NCBI GenBank assembly: GCA_963697895.1
Contig: OY969100.1
Span: 1,184,001 to 1,248,000 of the forward strand
DNA from: an uncultured Methanomicrobiales archaeon
GTDB taxonomy: Archaea; Halobacteriota; Methanomicrobia; Methanomicrobiales; Methanospirillaceae
Length of the DNA: 64,000 nucleotides
Direction of reading: 5' to 3'
In this document: positions 1-8,509 of the stretch, piece by piece
Numbering within the stretch: position 1 is the first letter of the stretch
Layout: the number at the start of each line of letters is the position of its first letter
The notes under the pieces: generated by a model
Told to the model about the DNA's origin: nothing
The model's input: the letters and a program-made list of their open reading frames with translations, nothing else
The model's database searches: none
Position numbers and translations under genes: made by a program

Positions 1-174
1 GGCGATTCGATCGGGGTCGTGCTCGTTGAGGTGAAGAAGGGAAAGGGGAAACTCTCGCGGGAAGAACGGCTGATCCAGAAGGCGGTCGAAGAGGGGCGGG
101 TCACCTGGCAGACGATCGTGTTGAAGGATGAAAACTCCATCGGTTCCGGGGCAGACGAAGACCCTGCTGCATGA
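1..174 (+). CDS. Holliday junction resolvase-like endonuclease, 3' end (partial)
   Basis: Frame 1 reads GDSIGVVLVEVKKGKGKLSREERLIQKAVEEGRVTW...; the EVK motif and tail fit the Endonuc_Holl family; stop TGA at 172-174. Confidence 0.7.
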   Translation, partial: GDSIGVVLVEVKKGKGKLSREERLIQKAVEEGRVTWQTIVLKDENSIGSGADEDPAA

Positions 175-288
175 AGGAGTCAGGGAAATCGAAAGAAAAC
201 AATTGAATATTATTCCGGTTCTTATTGTACCTTTTATTTGCTCAATTAACCCGAAAGGATATAATCTCTTCATTCTAACCGTTTAACA

Positions 289-1044
289 ATGGACGTTACC
301 CTTATTTCTGCAATGTTTGAAGGATTACCCCGGCAAGGTCCGGGATCGGATGAATCAACCGTTCGTGCCTGTTCCTGTATCCCGTCCTCTTTCAGGGTGG
401 GGAAAATTCTGGACATCGGGTGCGGTTCCGGGATGCAGACCCTTGCTCTGGCACAGTACTTTCCGGATAGCAAGGTTACGGCGATCGATATCCATCGACC
501 GTTTCTCGATGAACTGCGGAAAAGGGCAAAAATTGCCGGTCTTGATGAGAGGATCTTAACTCACCGGGCATCGATGGACAATCTTCCCTTTGAAGAAGAG
601 TCCTTTGATATTGTCTGGGCAGAAGGTTCCGCGTTTATCATGGGGCTCTCTTCTGCGCTCGGGTACTGGAAAACATTTTTAAAACCGGATGGATTTCTGG
701 TATTTTCTGACTGTACCTGGTTTACTGATTCGCCGTCAGAAGAGTGCAGGGTTTTCTTCGATACCGTATCTCCTGATATGCCGTCGGAATCCGGTACTGA
801 AGAGATCGTTCGATCTGCAGGGTTTACCGTTGTCGGTTCATTCCGGCTTCCCGATGCAGGGTGGTGGGATCAGTGTTATTCTCCTTTGGCAGAACGGATT
901 CCCCGGTTAAAAGAAAAATATGCAACCAATCACGATGCACTGGATATCATACACGGGTTAGAAACTGAGCTGGAGATTCATCGAAAATATTCAAAGGAAT
1001 ATGGATATTGCTTTTTCATAATAAAGAATACCGATTCGGAATAA
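289..1044 (+). CDS. Class I SAM-dependent methyltransferase
   Basis: ILDIGCGSG motif I, LPRQGPGS N-terminus, FDIVWAEGS. Confidence 0.9.
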   Translation: MDVTLISAMFEGLPRQGPGSDESTVRACSCIPSSFRVGKILDIGCGSGMQTLALAQYFPDSKVTAIDIHRPFLDELRKRAKIAGLDERILTHRASMDNLPFEEESFDIVWAEGSAFIMGLSSALGYWKTFLKPDGFLVFSDCTWFTDSPSEECRVFFDTVSPDMPSESGTEEIVRSAGFTVVGSFRLPDAGWWDQCYSPLAERIPRLKEKYATNHDALDIIHGLETELEIHRKYSKEYGYCFFIIKNTDSE

Positions 1045-1118
1045 ATCAGGAAGAGAAGAGCGGGGCTGTATCGTCGTGCAGAAAGAATGATTAAGCAAAA
1101 CCGGAGCTATGGTGACGT

Positions 1119-1541
1119 ATGGATTTTTTTAACGCGGCATACAAAGGCTCACCTCCCTGGGACATCGGCCGGCCCCAGAAGGAGTTCGTCGGGCTGGTCC
1201 GGAGCGGAGAGATCACCGGATCGGTACTCGACATCGGATGCGGGACCGGGGAGCATGCCCTCTTCTTTGCGGGTGAAGGGCACGAGGTCTGGGGGATCGA
1301 CTCGGCACCCCGGGCGATAGAGAAGGCAAAGGAGAAGGCTGCCGAAAGAGGACTTCATGTAAATTTTCTCGTCTGGAGTGCCCTGGACCTCTCCTCGCTC
1401 GACCGGACGTTCGATACCGCCACGGATTCCGGGCTCTTCCATACGCTGTCCGATGCAGACCGCCCGGTCTTCGTGGAGAACCTTGCAGCCGTCCTGGCTC
1501 CGGGCGGGAAATACTTCATGCTCTGCTTCTCCGATATCGAA
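1119..1541 (+). pseudogene. Class I SAM-dependent methyltransferase, 5' part (interrupted by insertion)
   Basis: PPWDIGRPQ and VLDIGCGTG motifs; coding-like sequence ends at CFSDIE (1541), then reads into AT-rich DNA and stops at 1556. Confidence 0.85.
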
Positions 1542-1747
1542 ATCACTTTCAATTGATTCAAGTCAAACTGAATTAGTGCACCCTGTGGCAAGCTGTGGTG
1601 TATACGGATAAAATTAAGTGATTCTAAAGGTTTTGAAGAACAATAAGAGACTTTATTCTTTATTAGACAACCCTGGTAGTCACCCCAGGGAACGCGTTTG
1701 GAGGAATTGGGAACTTCACGGTGATTTGTTTATATTTTATCAATTGT

Positions 1748-2052
1748 GATATCTGGAGAGCCTATACCGGAATTGCCTCTCGCGGATTGTTCATTGTCTG
1801 GTGAATCATGGAGAGAAACCGTATACCGATGGGAAAGGAAATCATATCAATGGCCTCGAAGGATTCTGGGGTTACCTGAAGAGAAAACTTGCCTTAAAAG
1901 GAGGAATCCGACGGGAGATACTACCTCTTTATCTCGGTGAATGTGAATATATGGGCGATACAATCATCGAAAGGGAAAGTGGGATCATGAGGGTGAGACG
2001 AATTCTCAAATTGTTACAACAGGAGGTTGGTGGCTAGATTGCCACTATACCC
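1748..2052 (+). pseudogene. IS1595-family (ISXO2-like) transposase 3' remnant with probable right end
   Basis: DIWRAYTGIASRG, VNHGEK..GNHINGLEGFWGYLKR and RYNHR pieces lie in shifting frames; followed by ...GCCACTATACCC. Confidence 0.75.
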
Positions 2053-2082
2053 ACAAAATAATGTTTCAAAGAAAATACTGTC

Positions 2083-3228
2083 TCATACCAAATGTGACCC
2101 GCATTGCCCGCAATATTTTGATCCTTGAAGAACTGAAGCCCCGCAGTTACCACATTTGATTGATTGTTCTGATATTTTCACTTCAATCCCACATTCAGGA
2201 CAAAATTTTATATTAGCTGCAATTTTGTTACCACATTTTCTACAAATAGATGATTCTTGAGATTCAAGAGAAGAACTCTCCGATGCAGTTTTCTCTCCAG
2301 CCGAACGTCCGAAGTCTTTATTCTTATCTCCACCTACCATACCTTTCGAGAGCTCTTGAGCCATAGAAAAGCCTGCACCCATTCCAACCCCTAGTCCCGC
2401 AAGATTCGCTGTATCTCCTCCCTTTGAAGCACCGATTCCAATACCCTCAATGGTTTTTCCTGTTTGGTATTGCATATAGTCAACACCGAGAGCTGACATG
2501 GCACCCCTTTTATCAATGGCAGATTGAACCTCATCCGGGAGATTTAGGTTTAGTCCCGCGAATTTTGTAACTTTTAACCCATAATTTTCAGTCTCTGATG
2601 TTAATTTTGCGAGGCACAGTTGTTCAATTGCCTGTAAATACGAAGGCATATCAAGAACACCCATCCCCTTATGCATTTTTAGCTCTCCAAGAGCATTGTT
2701 AAGAACCATTACAATCTGGTCCTTCAGCCAGTTTACAATCTCCTCAGACTTCGTCATTCCCTTAGTTCCAACGAACTGGGTGATTAAAAGCATCGGATCT
2801 GTAACTTTATATGCGAACTGTCCGAACGAACGAATTCTTATAACCCCAAAATCAACATCTCTGAAGGTCAGGGGTTCGGTTGTTCCAAAATATGAACGGA
2901 ATTCCCTTCTCTGAAGCCAATAAAATTCGCCTATCTGCTTAATACCTATGAGTTTACTCGCAATTGCTTGAAGCCCGGGAATATTCTGAGTTGTGAGAGC
3001 ATATCGATTAGCGCTGTCAAAAGTACGCATTACCTTCCCGTCTCGAAGGAAAACCCCATATTCATCTTCTCTAACGACAACATTGTCATTCCACATAATA
3101 TTCTGGGGAAGCCGCCAGATTACATTCTCCCCCTTATGTTCATCCGGCCAATAGAATGTTTTCCGAGATTCTGTTCCCTTGATATCGCTGCCCACTCCCG
3201 TACTTCGCACCCTCTCAAAGTTGCTCAT
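2083..3228 (-). CDS. SPFH/Band-7 domain protein with C-terminal double zinc ribbon (YdjI-like)
   Basis: VVVREDEYGVFLRDGK, FRDVDFG..IRSFGQF, glycine-rich GLGVGMGAG segment, four CxxC at the C-terminus. Confidence 0.85.
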   Translation of the reverse strand: MSNFERVRSTGVGSDIKGTESRKTFYWPDEHKGENVIWRLPQNIMWNDNVVVREDEYGVFLRDGKVMRTFDSANRYALTTQNIPGLQAIASKLIGIKQIGEFYWLQRREFRSYFGTTEPLTFRDVDFGVIRIRSFGQFAYKVTDPMLLITQFVGTKGMTKSEEIVNWLKDQIVMVLNNALGELKMHKGMGVLDMPSYLQAIEQLCLAKLTSETENYGLKVTKFAGLNLNLPDEVQSAIDKRGAMSALGVDYMQYQTGKTIEGIGIGASKGGDTANLAGLGVGMGAGFSMAQELSKGMVGGDKNKDFGRSAGEKTASESSSLESQESSICRKCGNKIAANIKFCPECGIEVKISEQSIKCGNCGASVLQGSKYCGQCGSHLV

Positions 3229-3764
3229 CAGATTACCCCTATATCTGCCATTTTTTCATGCCTTTCCTCAAGAAGTTCAATAACAGCTTCGAACCTTTGT
3301 CTTAGTTCGGAACATATTTGTTGTGCTTGACTTGTTTCATCCTTGTTAATTTCTTGATTAAGTTTAATGCTAAGATCTTCTAATTCCTTGATTTTCTGAA
3401 TCATACCCCAGTCATAATAATAGAGTGCATATAGTTGTTCTTCGTCAATCTGGTAACTGGGAGAAATGCCAGAGTACCCTTGTTCAGCATGCCCAATGCG
3501 CCCTTCAATCGTTTTTTCCATTTGGATAAGGGTTCCTACTTCACTTAAAAGAGGTAGGTTAAGCCGAGAAGCAATAATCTTTCGGGATTCTTCCAAATTA
3601 TCTCCAATATCCTCACGAAGTTTTTTTGCAAGCTCGAGTCGCAAAAGACTATCAGATGCTCTGATATCCTCTCGCTTCCGATATCCACGAAAACCGGGAA
3701 TTGCAAGTTCAATGTTTTTTATGAGTCCACGGTCTTTTTCAACTCGTTCAATCAGATCAGTCAT
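3228..3764 (-). CDS. Helical hypothetical protein coupled to the SPFH gene
   Basis: 178-aa ORF with IPGFRGYRKREDIR and GYSG motifs; its stop overlaps the SPFH start at 3228. Confidence 0.75.
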   Translation of the reverse strand: MTDLIERVEKDRGLIKNIELAIPGFRGYRKREDIRASDSLLRLELAKKLREDIGDNLEESRKIIASRLNLPLLSEVGTLIQMEKTIEGRIGHAEQGYSGISPSYQIDEEQLYALYYYDWGMIQKIKELEDLSIKLNQEINKDETSQAQQICSELRQRFEAVIELLEERHEKMADIGVI

Positions 3765-3785
3765 ATCACAACTTAGTTCTCTTCT

Positions 3786-4136
3786 TTATTCATAACAAGA
3801 TAAAAGAATAACCCCCAAAGCACAAATGATTAGAATCCCACCAATTAAGAGACCCAAATTTAATGCAGGTCCCTGGGGTCTTGTGAAAAGACTCACAATT
3901 CCAATGAATGCGAGAACCCCCGCAAATCCAAAGAGGTAATTATTTTTTTCTCCGACTTTTATTGCTAGGACTCCTAAAATAATTGAAAGACCAAGGAAAA
4001 AAATCCCTCCAGCGAGATGAATATCCCCGCCACTAATATAATTAAGAATTATTCCTATACCTAGCATCAATGCCAGGGATGCATATCCCAGCTTAAATCT
4101 TTTATCACTGGATCCTTTTCTTTTCTTACTATCCAT
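3786..4136 (-). CDS. Small 4-TM membrane protein
   Basis: Four hydrophobic stretches in 116 aa; co-oriented 21 bp upstream of the helical gene. Confidence 0.7.
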   Translation of the reverse strand: MDSKKRKGSSDKRFKLGYASLALMLGIGIILNYISGGDIHLAGGIFFLGLSIILGVLAIKVGEKNNYLFGFAGVLAFIGIVSLFTRPQGPALNLGLLIGGILIICALGVILLSCYE

Positions 4137-4266
4137 AATAAATAAAAAATATAATTTTTGGCTTTTAAAAGTGTCGGAATATTTACCAAAATTGATCCAA
4201 CTATATCGATCAATTAAATTACATCCTGTGAGTAAAGTCTAAATAGAGAATCAATAAAGAATTTTT

Positions 4267-5076
4267 ATGCCATTTCATGTAGCCAAATGCCCAACGTGTG
4301 GTGCTAGCCTAGAATTAGAAAAACCAAGCGACGTTATGATATGCAAATTTTGTGGCAATAAAATCTTTTTCAAAGAATCAATAGAAGGAGATATCAATAA
4401 AATCACTAACTTTCTTCAGTTGGCCAACAATGAAATGGAATCTGGCAATTTTCAGAAAGCTATTGAATATTTCAATAAAGTCTTAGAGAATGACCCTAAG
4501 AATTCTGCTGCATATCTTGGAAAAGGGTTGTCCTATGGCAGACTGTGTACTGTTGAAGATTTTAAATTTAATGAGTTGCTAGCTGGGTATTCGAATGCGC
4601 AAAAATATGTACCAAATAATGGTAAAAAAGAATTCATCTCTTCTTCAACTGATTTATTATATAATCATGGCATGAATTGCGAAAAAGAATTACATGAAAA
4701 ATTTATTTATGGTGTGACTGATAAGGAATTGAATTATTATATTGAAAGATCTTTCCAAATAATCAGCTTTTATCAAGCAATATACCAGATTAACGAATGT
4801 GATCTGAGATCTCCCAAAAGAATAGTGGAGATAACAAAAACATTGAGTCTCGGTGTAAAAGGGAAGGGTAATCGCTATGATACAAATTGTAATTTGATAC
4901 AAGATTGGAGATATGAGCTAAAACCCGAGATAATTGAAAGGATAAAAACAATACAAAATGATTATATTGAAATTATTCAAAAAACTGAGCCCGAATTTAT
5001 CTTGGTTACGGAAGAAAGAGATATTATCAAGCCTGAATCTAAAAAGAAGGGATTCTTTGAGAGATTTAGAATATAA
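4267..5076 (+). CDS. Zinc-ribbon + TPR protein
   Basis: CPTCG...CKFCG N-terminus; TPR GNFQKAIEYFNKVLENDPKNSAAYLGKG; C-terminal KKKGFFERFRI. Confidence 0.8.
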   Translation: MPFHVAKCPTCGASLELEKPSDVMICKFCGNKIFFKESIEGDINKITNFLQLANNEMESGNFQKAIEYFNKVLENDPKNSAAYLGKGLSYGRLCTVEDFKFNELLAGYSNAQKYVPNNGKKEFISSSTDLLYNHGMNCEKELHEKFIYGVTDKELNYYIERSFQIISFYQAIYQINECDLRSPKRIVEITKTLSLGVKGKGNRYDTNCNLIQDWRYELKPEIIERIKTIQNDYIEIIQKTEPEFILVTEERDIIKPESKKKGFFERFRI

Positions 5077-5113
5077 CCTTTTAATGGTTTTTATCCCTCC
5101 CAAAACAAGCTAA

Positions 5114-5341
5114 TTAAGGATAATCAATATAATCTCTATCGGAATAAGGATTGCAATCTCTCAGTCGATAAATTATCTTTTTGCTGGCATTTCTGAATGG
5201 GTATTTTTCCAAAGCAAAAATTGCATAGTTCGAGCAAGTCGGGTAATGTAAACATTTATGATTCTTATTTCTTGTGGAATATTGATAAACCTTAATCAAT
5301 GCGATAGCCTGGCAATTTAACCAGGGAATTTTCTTCTCCAT
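5114..5341 (-). CDS. yidD: Membrane protein insertion efficiency factor YidD-like
   Basis: LIKVYQ, CLHYPTCSNYA, LRDCNP motifs. Confidence 0.8.
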   Translation of the reverse strand: MEKKIPWLNCQAIALIKVYQYSTRNKNHKCLHYPTCSNYAIFALEKYPFRNASKKIIYRLRDCNPYSDRDYIDYP

Positions 5342-5368
5342 AAAAAAGGATATATTTTAATGAAATTT

Positions 5369-5762
5369 TTATCCTCCAGTTAATTCGTGGTGTATGGCGC
5401 GAATCTCAAGTCCCTTTTGCCTATTCGGGAAGGGGACCCCAAACACTGCTCCTTGAGCATTCACTCTTAGTTCCCAATATTTTTTAGCCAGACATCCTTT
5501 AGGTTGTACTTCAACAATTTCCATACTTGAAATGTTTTTTAGTCTGTAACGTGCCTTCTCTTTCCACATATGCCTCTCCTTCTTTAACCTTTGCATGGTA
5601 TAAAAACCTCTTATCGGTTAATGCTGCCCAAAAATTCCCTTTGCTCAAGAAACTTAGACACCCACTCATCTCAACTGGAGAGAAAAAATAAATTTTTTCA
5701 TCGGGTGTAAGCTGCTTTACTAAATCGTCTGGTAGACCTTCTCTCTTTAATTCTACTGGCAT
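5369..5762 (-). pseudogene. PH-like domain protein with a +1 frameshift near 5543
   Basis: ORF 5762-5511 (LTPDEKIYF..ALTDKRFL..EREGTL) continues in another frame as LKNISSMEIV; removing one base joins them. Confidence 0.6.
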
Positions 5763-5920
5763 ATAGCATTTCTTAATTATCCTTCATTATATAAAATTAA
5801 CGAAATAAGTTTCAATAAATTTAGATAAAAATTTAATGATTTGAAGCTCACTCCTCAAACGGTGCCAGGATCCTGGCGATTTCAGGATTACCGACGCATC
5901 TTTCAGCAATTGAAGTATCT

Positions 5921-6076
5921 CCTCCCGGGTACGGCCCGCGGAGGATAACGCAAAAAGAGATCCGGGACAGTTTCCGCGACGGGTGGACGATCAATTACAT
6001 CCGGGCAGCGGCCTTCGAGAGCCGCACCCGGCCCGGAGGACCCCGTGCCTGGCTCTCCTCGATATCTAAAGAATGA
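5921..6076 (+). pseudogene. Methyltransferase 3' part (51 aa)
   Basis: PPGYGPRRITQKEIRDSFRDGWTINYIRAAAFESRTRPGGPRAWLSSISKE*, the expected continuation after CFSDIE. Confidence 0.85.
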
Positions 6077-6168
6077 CGCTCGTTGACGGGAAACGCCCGC
6101 TCCTGAATGACCGGATCCAAACGTAGTGGTACATCAAAAGTCCGGGGTAAAAAGGAAGGAGATTTACC

Positions 6169-6768
6169 TTAAAATACGATCTCTTCCTTTGCAAACCGCA
6201 CCTTGGGCATCGGCTTGTCCGCCGCGTACCCGAGCGGGCAGAGCATCGTGGGGACGAGCGGCGACGGGATCTTCAGGATCCGCGTGTACTCCCCGGGGTC
6301 GAACCCTCCCATCGGGCAGGAATCGAAGCCGAGCGACTTTGCGCCGTTCACGGCATTCCCGAGCGCAAGGAAGACCTGGGACTGCGCCCAGCAGAGTTTC
6401 TGCTCCGGGCTCATCTTCCCGGTCATATCGGTTGCGATCCCGATCACCATGTTCCGCATCTCATCGGGTGCGCCGGACGTCTTCAACAACGTATCGACTT
6501 TCTGAATCAGGCTTCCAAAGTCCGGGTTCGCGCAGAAGACCAGCAGGTGCGAACAGGTAGTGACCTGCTCCTGGTCATTGGTCGCCGGCTTCAGCTGCTC
6601 CTTTACCTTCTGGTCGGTGACCACCGTGATCTTCCACGGCTGGAGGTTGAGGGCCGAAGGAGCGAACCGGACGATCTCCAGGAGCTGGTTGACCTTCTCT
6701 TCGGGAAGCTTCCGGCCGTCGAATTTCTTGGTCGCATACCGCGACATGACAATTTCCGCAAAATCCAT
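6169..6768 (-). CDS. Nitroreductase family protein
   Basis: SRYATKKFD, APSALNLQPW, DSCPMGGFD. Confidence 0.9.
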   Translation of the reverse strand: MDFAEIVMSRYATKKFDGRKLPEEKVNQLLEIVRFAPSALNLQPWKITVVTDQKVKEQLKPATNDQEQVTTCSHLLVFCANPDFGSLIQKVDTLLKTSGAPDEMRNMVIGIATDMTGKMSPEQKLCWAQSQVFLALGNAVNGAKSLGFDSCPMGGFDPGEYTRILKIPSPLVPTMLCPLGYAADKPMPKVRFAKEEIVF

Positions 6769-6895
6769 TTCATCACTCCGTTCCAGGATACGCTTCTCTT
6801 ACCCGGGGCTGCTATTTATACCATTCCCATCCGGCCCGATGACCCCGGTCTCACCGCCATCTTTATGGTGAGACAGGCATATCAGCAGGACAGGA

Positions 6896-7552
6896 GTGAG
6901 GGAGATGGAACAGGAGACCGTAGGGGAGAGGGAATACCTGGTATTCCCGGGGAGATATCCGGTAGGTATCGTCCTCGTGCATGAGATCCGGGGCGTCGAC
7001 GAGTACGCACGGTCGGTCGCCGGTAAGCTTGCCGCGGCCGGGTACCCCGTGGTCGCCGTGGACCTCTTCCGGGGCCGTCATGCGACGACGCTTCAGGAAG
7101 GGTACGATATCGTCGCGAAGCTGAACAAGGAGGAGGTCCTCGGGACGCTCTCCGTCGGGATCCGCCTCCTGAAGGAGCGGTCTGGCGAGGATGCCGTCAT
7201 CGGCTCGATGGGGTTCTGCATGGGCGGCGGGTATGCCCTGCAGGGGGCATGCGACCTGGACTTCGGGTTCTGCATCGATTACTACGGCATGGTCCCGGAG
7301 GCCGGCGATCTCCGCGGCCTGAAAGGACCGGTCATCCTCTTCCTCGGGACCGAGGACCCCCGCGTCACCCCGTGGGCGTACACGGGTTTCCTCCCGGCGG
7401 CGAACCAGTACAAAAAACGGGTCGATCTCCACCTGTACCCCGGGGCAGGCCACGCGTTTCACCGGCCCGGATGGGAAGGCCACAACCCGGAGGCGGCGAA
7501 GGATGCCTGGACAAAGACGATGGCATTCCTCAGCGCATGCCGGACGGATTGA
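6896..7552 (+). CDS. Dienelactone hydrolase family protein
   Basis: HEIRG, GFCMGG nucleophile motif, YPGAGHAF. Confidence 0.9.
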   Translation: MREMEQETVGEREYLVFPGRYPVGIVLVHEIRGVDEYARSVAGKLAAAGYPVVAVDLFRGRHATTLQEGYDIVAKLNKEEVLGTLSVGIRLLKERSGEDAVIGSMGFCMGGGYALQGACDLDFGFCIDYYGMVPEAGDLRGLKGPVILFLGTEDPRVTPWAYTGFLPAANQYKKRVDLHLYPGAGHAFHRPGWEGHNPEAAKDAWTKTMAFLSACRTD

Positions 7553-7654
7553 AACGGACAGGAATGGATATCGAACGGATCAGGCTCCGGCCGGTCGGAT
7601 ACCCGCCGAAGAACTTTTACAGAACACCCCCATAACGGAATAGAGCAGGATCCC

Positions 7655-8014
7655 ATGACAGACATAGTCCCCGAACCCGACCGGCTGGTCATCCTCTGGA
7701 CCAGCGGCGACCGGGAGGTCGCGTTGAAGATGGTCTTCATGTACGTGCATAATGCAGCCCGGAAGAAATGGTGGAAGGAACTCACGTTCGTCGTCTGGGG
7801 ACCCTCGACCCGGCTGCTCTCGCAGGACCCCGAACTGCAGTCCCATATCCGGGAGATGAAAGGAGAGGGAGTGATCCTCCAGGCCTGCCGGACATGTGCG
7901 GATTCGTACGGGGTCGCCCCGGTCCTCTCCGAACTCGGTATCGACGTGAAACTGATGGGTGAACCGCTGACCCGGTTCCTCAGGGATCCCCGGTGCCGGT
8001 TGATGACCTTCTGA
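7655..8014 (+). CDS. DsrE family protein
   Basis: LVILWTSGDRE, VWGPS, ACRTCADSYGV. Confidence 0.8.
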   Translation: MTDIVPEPDRLVILWTSGDREVALKMVFMYVHNAARKKWWKELTFVVWGPSTRLLSQDPELQSHIREMKGEGVILQACRTCADSYGVAPVLSELGIDVKLMGEPLTRFLRDPRCRLMTF

Positions 8015-8509
8015 CCGGAACCGTACCGCCGATCGCCAATTGACGAAATCCTTCCCGATATGGAACCGGGCTTTTATACGAAAGAGACTGATATACCGAA
8101 TCCGCATCGAAGTTTATAGGTCTTTATTCATGGATCACAAAACAGGACCGGGGACCCTTTACACCGGATTTCCTCTTTCGGGAACATAACTGTTCTTTGC
8201 ACCTGCCGGGAAATGATTTCCCGTCGCGACAATTTCGTTTTTTCCCCGTCCCCTGACGTGTGTATCGGAATCGATCAGGATTTGCCACGAAGGTTAGAGG
8301 TTTAAGCGGTCACGCTCTTATAGTGCCTATAACTGATCGGTTGAAAAAATTTAAGGTACATGGCGAATATTTTAAAAAACAAAAGGGAAAGGAGTTTTAA
8401 ACAAAATGACTGACAACCTGACAATACCCGTCGACGACGGCCCAATGGGGATCGTCAACCACGATTCGTGCACTTTCCAGACAGGACCGCCGACAGGCGG
8501 GGTGAACCT

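Larger units (their letters stand above)
1542..5920. mobile_element. AT-rich genomic islet inserted in the methyltransferase gene
   Basis: Abrupt composition shift at both ends; flanks rejoin in frame (GAA|CCT); TTCAATTG near the left end and CAATTGAA near the right end are inverted. Confidence 0.85.

Noticed and set aside
1542-5920. Provirus, casposon or self-splicing intron
   Set aside because: No capsid, polymerase, Cas1, integrase, reverse transcriptase or homing endonuclease; genes lie on both strands; no intron-like ends recognised.
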